Shown: one piece after another, positions 1 through 14,953 of the stretch | Numbering within the stretch: position 1 is the first letter of the stretch | How the letters are laid out: each line of letters opens with the position of its first letter | Assembly: GCA_046563655.1 (NCBI GenBank) | Contig: CM102290.1 | Location: forward strand, 12,586,001-12,650,000 | Origin: Yuukianura sp. NJ FZ-2021 | Taxonomy: Eukaryota | Reading direction: 5' to 3' | Length of the DNA stretch: 64,000 nucleotides | Notes under the pieces: generated by a model | Told to the model about the DNA's origin: nothing | Database searches by the model: none | Seen by the model: only the letters and a program-made list of their open reading frames with translations | Made by a program: the position numbers and the translations under genes

Positions 1-9
1 TCATTTGCG

Positions 10-3000
10 TTATGAAAGGATGTTGCTGTTGCCTTTGATGGATTTGGGCTCTTTCGTTTTCAGTTCTTCAACTGAATTCAGTTCATCAAGCAAAATATTT
101 TTAAAAATTTCATCCTCCTCCTCGTCTTCTCCAGTTTCACTCTCATCAGTATCCGGTAATTCGAATCCCTTAGCATCCAAATACCTGACAGCACGATCAA
201 AGTGACTCATACTGAAGGTTTCGGTGGCAATCAGTTCCTCCAAAACATCTTGTTCTTCCTAAAATCATGGAAAAGAATGTCATATGCCATCTTCGATTGG
301 TAATCGTTTTATGTGTTTAAGTTTACGTCTGATTCAGCGAAAGGTAACTCCAGGCACGCCTTGTTTATTTCTTGCATCTCTTCATCTGATAGTTTAGGTT
401 CGTTTACCTCCGCTAAACTATGCAGCATGCAACCGGTTTTTTCTAACGCCTTCATACAGATATTTGTACAGTAATCAGTCGTGTCGCCCAACACTCTCCC
501 GCACGGTTCAAATAACATTTGATCCGGATCCTGAAAAAAAAGTGAAACAGTACTGCACTACTTTGCTTACTTCACGAACGATTACGTGAACTTAACTGGT
601 GTAACTTACGTTGAGGATGTGGGTTTTGCAGTAATCGGAGAAAGGTAGGGGCAAGTTAATACAATTAGACGAATCCTCACTGAAGACACAAGTCCGTTGA
701 GATGGAGTGCCGGAATATATGTTTTTGTCCAGAATATCCGTCGTCACTACCTTGTCCGCCCTGATGGGCAGCGGACGAATGATAGATTGGACCAGATTAT
801 ACGGATTTTCAACACAGTTTTCAAATATTATGTCTCCAGGAGGCAAACTTTCGTCACGAATCTGTAATGCTGCGTACTTCTAAAACAAAAGTTTTCAAAA
901 TTTAAAAATCAATGAGCTACAACTAATTTCACGGTATGCTTACCTCGTTTTCCTTCATTGCTTGAAGTAGAACGACCTTCTTGGCTCCACAGCGATGGCG
1001 GTACCTCATGAGTGCTAGGCTTCTCTCTCGGTTCTCCATCTCCTCTTCCTTGTACTTGTCCGTTAGCTGTAGGTTCCTTCTGTAACTGATGAACTTTGGA
1101 TCTGATGTGAAGCTGAACTTGAGTAAATCGTTTTCCTCTGATTCATCCACACATCGCTGTCGACAGTCCATATATGCATCTTTAAGGCCACTAAATTGAG
1201 ATTTGTAAAGAGACCGCAACTTGTCAAGTCTGGACCGGTAGATTGAAATCACTTCGTCTGTGGAGTAGTAGCCAGCATGTCTACACAGAGAAACAAATAA
1301 CAGGAATGTTCATGCACCATTCAACAAACAATGAATCATAGTCGTAGTAAATGCAATAAAATGTTATGCTTTATAGTACTTGAGCGGGTCTTCGTCACCA
1401 GTCTCGACGTTGTCCTCGTCAGAATCCTGGTCAGGTTGAAACCGGGAGAGGAGTTGGAGGTCCCTTGATTGATGTTCCAGTAACTTCGTATCGAAGTCCG
1501 AAAAATAATCTTTGAGGTCGTCCTTCTCTTTTGTTTCTCTTTCGTGTAACACTGGAGAGGGAGGGGTAGGTACCGTCTCTTCTATAAACAACAAGAGTAA
1601 GTCAGTGTCGAGGTGAATCAATCAAACCGGTAAATCATAAAAGAAAGCTCACGTCCATCGCCTCCCGGAGACGCAGAAGGTGACGGAGGGAATGGAGGGT
1701 CGCTGCCTATTATTCGCTCCAGTTCTTCCATCAACGAGTCCATACTGTCCTCGTCATCGATTATGATCTGTTCTTTCCTCTGCTTACGCAGTCTTGTGGC
1801 GGTTACACACGCCGAATGAACTTCGCAGAATTTACTGTCCAAAATCAAACAAAATGTTAGAAGAATCCAGGAACACTTTGCTCAAAGGGAGAAAATTAAC
1901 GTCAATCATGCCACTGATTCTTACAATTCCCGCTCGTCCTCCCCATAAACAGTTTTCTTGCAAGGTTTGAGGCTGAAAGGATCGGTGTAGATGCACTGAG
2001 CATACAAAGAAGAACTGGGCTGAGGCAAATGGCCTTTGGCATGGGCAGTGCAGTACTTTGAACCAGTTAAAGTCCCCTCTAAACAGTGCGGATGAAGGCA
2101 ATGGTTTGGATCAAAGGATGGGTAGAGTCTGCCGAATTTACGGCGGGAATAACGGCCTCGTCCTTGCGGACAGGATGAAGTAGTAGAAGTACTACTTGCG
2201 TAGGAACGTTGACTGGGAGAACCCGTATCCTCTCCGCGTCGCAAACTCATGTCTTTAAAAAGGGAGTTAGAAGCCTGCATTATCTCTTCGTCAAGGTCAT
2301 CATCACTTAGCGTTGCGTTGGCATTCTGAGATGATGCAGGAGAGGGACTTCGTAACATTCGCTTGAGAGTTTGTGGACTTAAAAGTAAATGGGTGTTATT
2401 GTTTGGAAGTCGGGCTTCACGCATTTCACAGCCTTCGTCCGAATTCCTTTTCGGATGACGGGTAGGGCTGACGTATCCATGGAGCCGAGATCTAAAGGTA
2501 GAGTCACTTGGGGACTGGGGTTGCTCCGGCCCAGATGAAAGCGGAGAACGGATCCATTGATTATCACCGTAGCTGGACTGACTTGGGCTCAAACCCGGAG
2601 GTGGAGAGAGTAGATGAGAGTTAAAGTTCGTAGGACTTTGGATTTGATCGTCTTGAAAAAAATTTAGTGGTGCCTCTGCAGTCTTCCGCTTAGTATATTT
2701 TCGCTTCGGTTTGTCACTAGACGGTGGGGTCTTTGGGCTCCTCTCTTTCCTTGGTTTGGTTGGAGACTTTTTAAGGTTTGGAATGATTCCGTTGGTATCA
2801 GGGCTGTCCATCCGCATTCTCTTTGGTGGTAACTTGGCAGTGGAAATGGGACTTGGCGGATCAGAGTCACAAGTCCCATTTCTCTCTCTTTCTTCAACTC
2901 CCGCGATGAGTTTGGACTTCCGGGGAGACTTTGTTTTGACTAAATTTGCTATTGGTTCGACACGCGGATACGTTTCGAAATCGGTGGAATTGATTTCCTC

Positions 3001-3502
3001 TGGCAACCCTATATATGGTCTGGCAAAATGGCGATTTTTCGGAACGGCATCAGGAGGTGATACTTCCATGGAAGGTGATGGCACTGGTTCCGTAGTCACA
3101 ATGCTATGATTCACAAATAACAAAATCAATTAGTTAACGTTCGGCGAAACGAAATAAGTTGCAATGTTGTAAGACTAGTTCTGTCATTATATCTCTGAGA
3201 TCGACCAAAAATGATGACATGGCACTGCCACTCGTAGTTCTGACCTTCAAGAAACAATGTTATTTGATGAATACAAATATGAACGGAAAAGAATATCCCT
3301 TACCTCCGACATATGAGTTTCTCCTTTCGAGACCGATGAGTCCCGGTGTTGGTATGGTTTTGACTTGCATTGACGTTACTGTTCATGAGATTATGAGAAT
3401 TTAGATAGATTGTTTTGGTTGGTTCAGGCAGAACCACTTTCGGAGGAGTCCGAATATAAATAAATCGTGGACCCTGTTGACCCTCCAGCGTGAACGAGAT
3501 TC
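10..3502 (-). CDS. KANSL2: KAT8 regulatory NSL complex subunit 2-like (spliced; 5' end uncertain)
   Basis: GT-AG exons approx 3502-3304, 3103-1925, 1834-1653, 1581-1380, 1280-944, 879-610, 530-327, 258-10 join in frame. Motif EDPLKHAGYYSTDEVISIYRSRLDKLRSLYKSQF and Cys/His fingers (CINLPLPFSDYCKTHILNDPDQMLFEPC) match recalled KANSL2/dgt1 features. Start codon not resolved. Confidence 0.8.
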
Positions 3503-6081
3503 TTTAAAATTCCTTGAATTAGACAACTTTAAACGAACTACACTTGGGTTGTCGCTTCAGGATAGACGTCCACACTGCTCAGCTTGACAGCACTGTAAAT
3601 TGTCAAAAGAACGGCAAGAAACTGAGATTACGGAACTGCCACAGATTTTACCCGTTCGGACCACAACGGATACTGCTTTGTAAGATAACGTTATAGCTAC
3701 GTTTAGGCTGAACTTACTGATTGAGCGGGAAAATGAGTGATCCATGTTCAGTGACTCGTCAATGCCAACGAAGCTGATGAGTTCCTGGTGTTGTTGACTA
3801 GCGGGGGTCAGAGTAGTGGTTGAGGGCGTTGATGACGGTCTTGGGAGGACTATTCATTAATTGGTGGTTTGATTAGTGACCGTGTCCTTTGAGTATGGTT
3901 CGTAAGTTATGGGTTACCAGGTTACTTTTGCCTACGGTAGTGGAGTGAATTAACGTTTTCAAGTAAAGCCTCCCCACTCTGCCTTGCATCATCTCGTCTG
4001 CTCTTTATTTCGTGTCTTTTTTTTCCTCTCCCATGCCCATGCGACAGAACTCAGTCAGTTCCCACTCTCCTCGGCGCAACCACAGACAGCACAGACGACG
4101 AAACAGAAAACCAGCCTCACAAACAACTACATGTCGGCACTTTTACGCCACCTTCCACATGACGTTCCACGTTATGTTGTGATCACTCTGGAAATGAACT
4201 TGTCAAGTTGAGCAATTTAACCGTTTCAGAAATATCTATTGTTAGTGATTTCTGAATCAATTTTATCAATAAGATAAACCCAAGTTTATCTGTGTCTTAT
4301 GCGCAAACAGCATTCATTTGTCGAACGTTTTCTGGGTACACGTACGATAGCACGCCATTAGTTCAAATTTGAAAGCTTATACTTATTAATTTACGTGGTT
4401 TTTGACCTACTTTTTTCACCATTTCGTTTTGAGCCTGTTTTGGTTCAACCAATGACATAAAGCATTTGGCCGCATTTTCCAATAAAGCCGGAAGTAATGC
4501 GGCTCAAGCGAGTGTGATGAGCGGAGCGAAAGTAGATGTGCGTGCCGACGTGTGGTGGTGAAGCAGAGGACGCCTAAACTATAGCGACGGGAGAGTTGTG
4601 ACGGTGAGTCAGCCTCTTCTGCTTTTCTGGTTGGCTAACACTATACGACTAACTCTTGTGTCCTCCAATTAAAACTCACAGCATAACCGTATATAGAGGC
4701 AAAAGGAAAAAGAAATCGTTAATAAATACAGCGCTACGGAATTTTTGAATGTGTGTTCTGGAAATGAGAAAACACAACATGGAGGTGCACTACGTAACTT
4801 AAGTACAAAACTGTAACGGAGGGTCTGCTACAGTGTACGTCAACCGTTTTTTTTTAATAACAAAGCGAAATTCCAATCCAAAAACTGAGAATAGGGGAAA
4901 GTGTGGAGTTTCTATTCCGCACTTTGTTTAAGGCAATCTTCGTACATATAAAACTTTTCCATGAGTCAAAGGCGTGCAGTTTGCTATCAACATATCCCGT
5001 TTTGTCGTAACAAAAACATTGCCCAAAGCATAACGGAAATTAATAGCAATTGCATTACAATTTAACAATCGGATTTACACTACAATTGCTTTTGTTTCCA
5101 TATTTCACTAGCATTCTAATTGTTACTCGAACTCCACTTTCAGTTGAATTTCTAGTTATTAGAGCCTGTTTTAAACATATACGAAGCGATAGAGTTTCAA
5201 TTCGAGAAATTTCTAGTTTTAATCAAGAAGTTAAAAAAAATTATTTTCTTTACAAACATGATTGTTTTAAGTAATTCATTTCATAGGTGTTATACTCGTT
5301 ACTTAGCAAAAATGTACTTTTTGTATAAACAGAAACTGATCAGACAAAATGGCAGCTAATCGGCACCAAAAAAAAAATCAATGATAGACGGTAATTTAAT
5401 TCATTTAAATTTTTAGGAAAGAAAAGGCTAACAACGGTATGTTCGAATTTGTTTTAGGAAAAATTACAGAAACCAAAGAGTTGAGCAATTGCAAAGCGGA
5501 TGGAGTTTTGCAATCTTGCAAATTTGCATTACGGTGCAATTCACTTCAAAATCCCGTTTCTTTGAGTAGTTCAGGTAAAAGTGAATACACACACTAGCGA
5601 ATCACCTTGGTGGTTGCGCAAAAAGTTATCGCATGCGAACCCCTGTCACCCACGTATATTCGTCGTCAGTGAAATTGGACTTGGACCTGAGCCTCTTCTT
5701 GCCTGCATCCCCTAAATATCGGCGACGAGCAACAGTTACTCCCTTCCAAAAATACCCGAAATACATTCAAGGGTCCAAGTTCAAGTATCCACTGAGTAGT
5801 GGGTCCTCAGACAGAGTAACAATAGAGCCAGCACTGTTCAAAAAACCGATTCGGAGCAGGCAAGTTGTAAGGTAACAAGGTAACTAATCAGTCAAGGGAA
5901 AGAGAAAACACTTCGGCCGGACTAAGCAAAGGGCTTCTTACTTAGGATCCAATCCGCCTTTGGTACGGTACTTAGTCAATATACTTGATTACTGAATCCT
6001 ACTCAATCAAATACTTAGTTACGATTAACATAATAAACCGTTTATATGGATTAGTTTCAGCGGCTTAGTCCGGGAACGACA

Positions 6082-9000
6082 ATGTCGAGCTTAGCACCAA
6101 ATACCTTTCCTCCACCACCGCTCCAGCCGTCCTACGACATGGAACACGGGGACACTAGCATAGTTAATGCCCCGTTGGACCCACAGCCACCTCCTGCACC
6201 ATCAACACGGTGGTACTTTGATAAAGAACAACTGATGAATACGCCCAGTCGTAGGGCAGGGATAGACGAAGACAAGGAGTTGACCTACCGACAACAATCA
6301 GCCAATTATATCCAGGATATGGGACAGAGGCTCCAAGTGTAAGACTGAGCTCGTTGAAGGAGTTGAGTGGTATATCAGTTATCAGTTCAGTTGCTCAATG
6401 TAGTTTATTTTGGTGTTTTCAGGAATCAGCTGTGTATCAACACAGCAATTGTCTATATGCATCGTTTCTTCATGTACCATTCCTTTCATCAGTTTCAAAA
6501 GAACGCGATTTCCACTGCTTCCATCTTTCTTGCTGCTAAAGTAGAGGAGCAGCCAAGGAAGTTGGAGTACGTCATCAAAATTGCTCATTACTGCCTCCAC
6601 CGTGATTCGCATTCCGCGATAGACGTCAAATCAGAGGTGAGTTGCTACTTTATATATTACAATTTGTTACATAAATACTAACTTGTGGCTATGATTGTGT
6701 TTTTGATGTAGGCTTACGTTCAACAATCGACTGAATTGGTATCTCATGAGAATATTCTACTCCAGACCCTGGGGTTTGATGTTTCCGTAGATCATCCTCA
6801 CACCCATGTTGTGAAATGCTGTCAGCTCGTACGAGGTGAGTTTGTTTATACGAAATAACATTCAAGTGCTAGTTTAGACTGAAAACCTATAGATATAATG
6901 ATTTTATTTGTTATATTTTATTTAAGTTTGAAGTATTATCCATTTTATCTTTCAGCAAGTAAAGACTTGGCCCAAACGTCCTACTTCATGGCGACGAATA
7001 GGTAAGGTGGATATTAAAGTTGCAAAGCCTCCAAGGATTCTTGCTGGAGAACTTTGAGATATTATCCAGCCTTGAATTTTTATTGCAACAGTTTGCATCT
7101 GACCACGATGTGTCTCGAGTATCCTCCAAGCGTCGTGGCATGTGTCTGCATTCATCTCGCATGCAAGTGGTCCAACTGGGAGGTCAGTGAACACACAACC
7201 TCAATTTTAACTTCGTTGTTCCTAATTTACTTCGCGTACGCGATTTGTCATCTTTTGAAACGAACAATTCCTGTCTTTTTTTCATCTTAATTACTACAAT
7301 GCATGTTTGGCGGGTGTCTGCTTTTCTTCCTTTCAATTTCACCCTTTCAAGTGTTTATAATGTTGATCAGCTGATCAGCATACTGGAATGATCAGTTGGT
7401 ATATTCGATTGATTTTTTGTCTTTTAACCCTATGACATTTTTGGTAAATCTGTTATGTAATCAATCGATTTCAAATCGATTACATAAGTTACGTATTAGT
7501 TATGAAGTTAGTAACATGATTATTCGCATTCTTCTTCATGTCAGTCACTAAAATTTTCTTGTGATTTTAGATCCCCCGCTCAAAGGAAGGTAAAGAATGG
7601 TACTTTTATGTGGATGGATCTGTGACTCCTCAGCAACTAGAGTCACTTACGTCCGAATTCCTCACTATCTTCAATAAATCACCTTCACGACTGAAAAAGA
7701 GAATTCTCAACTTGAGCAATGCCACTACTGGTGGGTCAGGCGGAAGTGGCGGTGGTGCTATTACTAACTTCCCTACGCATTTCACAGTGGACAGAAACAG
7801 TTCAGGAGCTCAGACCATCAAGTCACGTTCCCGTTCACCTTCACCGACATCGACACAAGGAGCCAAACCTACAAAGCAAGGTGTGCCTCCTGCTCCATCG
7901 GTTAAACACAAACCAAATCCACTGCCAACAGCGGCTCACTATTCTTCAAAACCAGCTCCTCCGCCAGCTACGACGACGGGTTACCCGCCCAAACATCCAA
8001 CACACTCCAGTAAACCACCACCACCTTACCCTCATGGAGCTGTTGGAGGTCCACGACCGTCATACAGGGAAATGATCAATGTGTCAAGACAAAGTCTAGC
8101 CAATACCAAACAGGTACAATCACATTCGAACGGAATTCATATCCAAAATTCCCACCAGAAAAACAGCTATCCACCTACACATCATGCCCAAGGTCCAGGT
8201 CAGTCTCGTACCTACCCTCAGCATCACACACAATCATCAAGTCAACTAGGATCTCAGCCACCTCCGCATTCCCACCATGCTCCTCCAAATCCAAATCCAC
8301 TTGTGCCACCTCCAGGTCGTCAGTCACTTCTCAAACCTCAACAACATCAATCAGCTCAGCCACACAAAAATGTTGTACATCCAGCTCAAAAGGACCAATC
8401 CTTACTACCCCCAAAATATCCATCTTTTCCCCACCATGCTGCAAATGGAAATCAGTCCTCCAGTGCACATTCGCTCTCTCATATGCCTCCACGCCAACCA
8501 TATCCAACACAGCCGCAAGTTTCCAATTCTTTTCAGTCCTCATCCCAAGGATCAGGAGGGAGAAGTGTGCCTACTGTTCCGGAGCATGGGAAAAAGCGTC
8601 CTGTGGATCCCAGTGCTGATGACCCAGCTCCGAAGAGGTCACGTCCAGACGGAGTCAATTTCTCAAACCTCACGACAGTCTCATACCAATCTGCCGATGA
8701 AAAAAGCTTCTCTGATATTTTGAAGCCGAGTAATGTCAAAATGGAACCCGGACTCCCGTCCAGTGCAACAGTCGGAGAGGATCGCAAAGTAGATGTGAAA
8801 CCCAGCATTAGCGTTGATGTTACTGGGGAAGACTGGGGACTTGACAAGGACGTAGACATGAAATACAAACCACCAGTACTTCCTGGGAAATCGGAGCCAA
8901 TTGACCAACCTCTTGCTTCTATGTCAATCACCAGTACATTTCCACTTCTGAGTTCTGAGATTGGTCTTGGCGGAGGAAGTACTTCTTCCGCACTTCCGGT

Positions 9001-9409
9001 TTTGCAGTCATCACGTCTCCCGTCCGGCATCAAGGTGGAGCATCATTCTCCACCAGCAAGTCAGGAAGCAAACACGAGTCTGCCTTTGCCATCTCCAACA
9101 ACATCCTCCTCTAAGAAAAAGAAAAAGAAGAAGGAACATAAGCACAAGAAAGACAAGGAGGACAAGAGTCATCGTCACCGTGACAAGGAGGAGAAGAAGT
9201 CCAAGAAGGACAAACATCGTGACAGAGATGGTGATCGTCAGAAGTCAAAGAAGAAGAAGAAGGGTAAGGGCGGGGAGCTTGGGATTAGCCAGGTCCAGGA
9301 CAATAGTTCTCTTAAGATTAAGATTGTAGCTTCCAAGGAAGCTGTTGACTCCAAGTCCGCTCGTGCCTCTGGACGCAATATGCAGTCAAACACTGTTGTA
9401 TATTACTGA
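6082..9409 (+). CDS. CycT: Cyclin T (P-TEFb regulatory subunit)
   Basis: Exons 6082-6338, 6423-6636, 6712-6835, 6956-7001, 7092-7182, 7571-9409. Cyclin box [15 protein letters not shown]...[64 protein letters not shown]; long His/Pro/Lys-rich low-complexity C-terminus. Confidence 0.95.
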
Positions 9410-10599
9410 TTCACTTGTCCTTTGACCTAAGGTTACCCAAGCTCCCGTTCCGAAAGGAAAGCATAAGAGATGAGAGTACATGGCGTACATGGCACTCATT
9501 CATCGCGGTTGAGAGCCTTGAATGGACTGGACACGGGTTTTTCTGGGTTTGTTTGAAGCCTTGATGTATGAGCTTTAAAAAGGTTTTCATTATTATTACA
9601 TGTGATTTTGATTTATGTAGAAGTTCAATTTGAAAAATATACAAATTGTTTTTGTGTATTTGAGCCATTTCAGGAGATGCATCGAGTAACTCGTGAGTTT
9701 TCGATGGCGTCTTTAGGTTTAACGTATCTAAATGGGCATTTATTAGGACAATTTGATTCACTTTGACGCATTGCCGCTGTGCAAATGTCGCTGCTGGTCC
9801 ATTTTGGCCAATGTTAGCAGTGAAGTCAAAGTTGTCAAAGTTGTCAAATTAATTTTTGCTAGGGCGGAGTGATTGGTGGGCGGTAAAGAAGCCGGTTTTT
9901 GTAAACAACTTAAAATCCGGACATGCCGGCCCTGCTAGCTTCTAGTACTCTCTTTTTCTATTATATATTTGTATTAATGTAGAGAATCTATGTACCTTGC
10001 ATGATATGTTAACACTTGACAAACTTCAAAATTGGCTTCAAACAAAAATGGGTTTAAAATGACTTGGCTCATGTCCACTCTATTCAAGGAAAAGTCTCTT
10101 CTTGTTTAATGCTCGAACATTTAGAGCGTGTTTCAGATAAAAAGAGAAAAAAACATAAACGCTAAATCCAGTTTAACGATTAAGCTAACACCCTCAATTA
10201 CTTTGGGGTTTTAACGTGTCTGTTGGTCGGCCGAGTTTAGCTTTCAGTTTGTATGGATTCGCAATAAAGAAAGTCTCTTCGAGAAGTAAAAGTTGATGCA
10301 GTGAAATTGATTGGTTCAAAATTTCGAAAGATTTTATATAATTTCCAAAACTCATGCAATAGTTCAAACCTAATTCGTTACAAATCTCATTCAACTTTGT
10401 CGTGTAGAAAAAAAGCAAATAAGGGAACCCAAGGGATTGTTTGTTGAAGATTCCACCGTGATGATCTCAAAGTTCCAATGCAATTTTGTATTGTAATTTG
10501 AATTTGACTTAAATTGTATCACGAAACTGAAGTGCTAAGAGTAGTTAATCTGAGCTCGTAGATTGATGTATGTAAGTTGATTTGGTTTTTAGTTTAGTT

Positions 10600-13500
10600 T
10601 TAGTTCTTGCGTAGAAATCCTGATTTGGGTGGTGGTGGCAACTGTGAGCCTGATGTTGTGATTGGTGCTGTTGGATCCATGCCGATTGGTTGACGTACGA
10701 AAGTCGGATCGATTACTGGACGTTTCCCGGTTGTGTAGTATGACCCAGGGTTTGGTAATGGCGGAACGTGAGAGGCTTGTGTTTGCATGCTAGTAGATTG
10801 GAACATGACTGCTGTCGCCATGACTTCCGGAGTACTTATAGTAGGTTGATACGGAGTTTCTTGCTGTACTTGTGGCGGAGAGTTTGAGGTAGGACCGTGT
10901 TGCGTTGGAAATTGAAACGCTTCAGTAGTAGACGCTTGAGTTGGGCTGCAGGGATCAGGCGTGGAAGGGGTTGAGCGGCCTTCGTTCAGGATTTCGTTGA
11001 GGACTAGCAGAACGGTGTCATCCGATTCCCAGTAACATACATGACTCGATAAGGCAAACAAATATCTGAATAATAACAAAGTTCCATTAATATACACGTA
11101 CAGTAAATGTTACATTAGTTAACGTCATAAGGTCAAGTTAGTTTAGTTAGTCTGAATACTTACTCATTGATGATTTGATGAGGAGCTTCCTGGAGCACAA
11201 AGTCAATTCGTCTCCCTCCATTGAGACACCCAACCCGCATCTTCCGCTCAGCATCTTCCGACAGTTCCTCAATTCCGCCACACGGCTCTCCGTTAAGTGC
11301 GGAAGCAATTGCATCGTCTACTTCTTGTTCCACATCTGAAATTCCCGCCAAGTGAGTAACTGCTCTGTATGTCACTCGCAAGGAATCCAAGATCCGATTC
11401 TTGAGGTCCGTTCCTACTCGTGTCATTGTTTCCTTGAGTTCCAGGTGAAACCGCTTCCGTCCCTTGTGATGTGGAATCAGTACTGGACGAAGGTCGAGTG
11501 TTGGGTCAATCAGACTCTCAATTCGATAGGCCACTGGATCGTATGGATGGAAGATGTTGAAGAAAGCCGGACACGTAGGGAAACGGAAATCAAGTCCCAA
11601 GCTGTCCAGACCACGAACGGCTACGAACATGGCTAGAAACAAAAAAAACGAATATTAGTCATGACCTTGAAGTGTTTTATGCAGCTAAATACGACATTCC
11701 AACAATTAAAAATTTTATGTGAGTACCAATGGGAGATCCCATAGCGAAGAAAGCCGTAGGTTGAAAATCCAGCACTGGATAAACAATTGAAGGTTGGCCA
11801 GTACCTGCCGGACCGACACGATATGAAACGAGGCGATTTGCCTGTCCGGTTAGTTCGGTCTGAAATATAAGCAATAACGTTGAAGTTACGAAAGAACTAA
11901 ATTCAATTTTTAACGAACTAAAATGTTTATACTACAATGTCATGAAAAAAGTACGTAACAATACCTGAGACGACTGCATAGCAGAATCAGCCAGTCCATC
12001 AGCGTCCTTGTTCGTCGGATTTGGTGCTAGAACCAACTCGGGTTGATTGTTAAGGAGATCGAAGAGTATAAGGCTGCCGAGACTGTGCCCTGCCACAGCA
12101 ACTGACAAACAGTTGAAACTTGGGTTTCGGTCCAGAAACAAAGAGTACAATCTGAAATAAATGAATTCATATTCACAAATGTCATGTCCCATCTTCACCG
12201 TATTCTCTTGATCTCAACTTTGTAGTTAGCTTACCTATTCATTTCATTGCCAACCGTATCTATGATTGTCTAAATTTCAAATCAGTTGAGAAATTAAGCA
12301 CTTCAGAGTTTCTACACCTTACTATTTGTAAACTATTAATTAAGTACCTGGCAGTAGACTGGGCTCGTGTAAAACAGTATGTCCAGTAAAGTGTCGTTTG
12401 TGAAATGACGTAGCTTAGGAATGCTTTTGAGTGTCAGTGGTTTGAGCTTATCATCTATTCCACCTTCTCCGTGCAATGCCTGCAAAAAGAAACAAGAATG
12501 CATTGTTTACATGTTGAATCATCTTGTTTTAGTACAATGTTTATATTGGATCATTCTCAGTTACTTACATTGTGCCACTGAACCGGAAGGAATTCGACTC
12601 GTCCAGTCACATCCTTGAAGTGACTCTGGAGAAGCTGATTGCTGATTTGTCTAAAGTCATCCACCGTTTCAACGACCGACCGAAACTTGAAATCACAAAA
12701 AGATCCAATCCCGTGCACAAGAAAGACCAAATATTCAACTTCAGTTGGTTCTCCTGGCGGAATCTGCAAACCTTCGGCTCCCCGCTTCACAACACGAGGA
12801 CGAAGTTGGCTCTCTGGCACACTCCCCCATTCGTCAGCACTTGCTTGTTGACAGAAGTGGACAAATGAATGTGGGCCTTGGAGCACAACGGCTTCTCCGC
12901 CACTAAACTCCAGTCGTCTTTGCCAAGTATTCGTTCGACACGAAATAGCGTATTCCTCCTACACATAAGAAAACGCGTATTAAAAATAGTATTTCGAAGT
13001 TATTCTTAAAATTTTGAAATTAAGTATTATGATCAAAGACTCACTTCAAGTCGTGCAGAAAACGATTCCGAGTAGGGTATGAATTGAGAGTCCATTGGGC
13101 CCTTGTAAAACCACGAACAGCTGAAAACAAGCAGTAGAATATTGTAAATATATTGCTCTGAGCGCCACGATTGTTTTATTTAACACATTTAGTTAGTATT
13201 TGGCATTGGAGTTGTTTTACTAACCGTTGGACATGAGTTACTTCTGTATCTTCCCAGTAGACAGGCTGCCGAATCCGTTTGTCCAGGTCTACATCGTATC
13301 TTCCGCCGTCCACAGGAACCAGATTCTTTGAACCTATAGATTTCAATTACACAAATTAACTAAAATTCCATGAACCTAGCAAAGCGACTTGAAGTTCTCC
13401 AAGTTTTTAGGCTTTCGATGACTTACAAGACGCTCTTTCTAACTGTAAAGCTTAAAAATATCCTAAAGAAGCCTTACCCTGGGCCAAACCTTCTTCCAGA

Positions 13501-14953
13501 TTCTTGGAATCCAAGTGGGAGAATGGTTTCCATAGTTCTCCATCCTTGCGATAAAACCAATGGTAGGCCACAGTAGTATAAAGCATTTGCCAGTGTTCTG
13601 GAGCTTGTGCTGGTGGTGCAGGCGATGGTGGCTGGAAATTCGTCTGTGGTGTTGAGGCCGGGGCTGGAGGAGGAGGCGGTTGGAACAGGTTTCTTCCAGC
13701 GTATGCCTCATCGGAACTAAATTAACAAAAATATGTTAGCACATTATATTTTTGAATTGGGTGATCGAAATGATATATATTAAACGTTGAGGCTCGTATT
13801 TGGAACTTAAGTACCTCATCGGTGGTCCTGTAGGATTAATCATTGGTTGTTGATGATTTTCAGTAGTGCCATGAGGGGTTTCAAGTCCCGGATACTTTGC
13901 ATAAACCGGTTTTTGCCGACCCATCCGAAACATGTTGGAGTTCGTACTCGGATTCGGAGCTGGCAAGGCTGTTAATAAGAATTCTGATGTTATGATTGCA
14001 ACATTCGAAGGCTTAAAGGAATTGGTTTGTTAAATACCTTGTCCAAGTTGTCCCAATGGCCAGATCGGATTGACAAAACTAGAAGTTGAAGTGTCAAACG
14101 GTGGGTGAGGTGAGGAGGATCCAAATCCAGCGCCTGTCACTTCTTGTAGAGCCGATGGATGGGAGTCAACTAAAGGGTTGAGATGTTGCATATGTACATG
14201 ATCCGAGGTGACAGTTGCCGTGACAGTAAGTTCAGTAAACGTCGAGATATCCCGACTTCCTTCCATGATTCCTCCTTCATTCTGCAGCAACGGTCTATTT
14301 AAGCTCTGTGTCGTTGGTACTTCCGCATTCGAATGACTTTCTGGTTCCAATGAGTACTCCGATGAGAAAACCTGGCTAGGATGTTGTGGAGGAGGGTCCG
14401 TGACGATCTCAGTGGTGCTTGCCAAACTGCTTGTAGTGTCGTCTGTCGATGAAGCAGTGGGTAGTTGTTCCACCGGAGCGAATATTTGTGGTTCTCCATT
14501 CAGTTCATCGCTTTCGTTAATCCCCTCTTCCACAGCCTCGAACGAACCAAACGTTTCTGGACGTCCGGAATCTGAAGGTGAATCAGCGCAAATCTCAATG
14601 TCATCGTCAATCCCCAAGTCAATTTCTTCGGATGTCACATCATCTGTAAAACATTCCACAAAGTTAACAATCCAAACCCCTTGGGATCTACAAAATACTA
14701 GGTAATAGCTTTACTTGATTCTGATACAGCCCAATCGAGCCACATACTTACCAACTGAAGTTGGCGGACCAACTGGATTTGATGGCGGAAGACTGTAATT
14801 CACTTGCGGTTGCGGAATCATCGGAACCATAGAGAATGTCACTAAATCATCAGGTACAAAGGCATTCAGCAGCGAATTGACTGGCAGCGATTTGTCTCGG
14901 TCTCCGCTGCCAGTACCGCCACCACCACCAGATGAGTATCCCGACAACGACAT
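10600..14953 (-). CDS. SEC23IP: SEC23-interacting protein / DDHD-family phospholipase A1 (WWE-like + DDHD)
   Basis: About 13 exons from ATG 14953 to stop 10600. Pro-rich N-terminus, [16 protein letters not shown]-like region, LVFLVHGIG, lipase motif GHSLG, DDHD motifs [43 protein letters not shown]. Confidence 0.88.

Noticed and set aside
3541..3860. Additional upstream coding exons of KANSL2
   Set aside because: Could not be joined in frame with plausible intron sizes; more likely 5' UTR with uORFs.
7719..9329. Overlapping and antisense ORFs within the Cyclin T last exon
   Set aside because: Shadow frames of a low-complexity coding exon with no recognisable domain.
13427..13438. 12-nt in-frame microexon in SEC23IP (ag|aaagagcgtctt|gtaagt on minus strand)
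   Set aside because: The upstream intron would be only ~40 nt, shorter than the other introns here; no support without RNA data.
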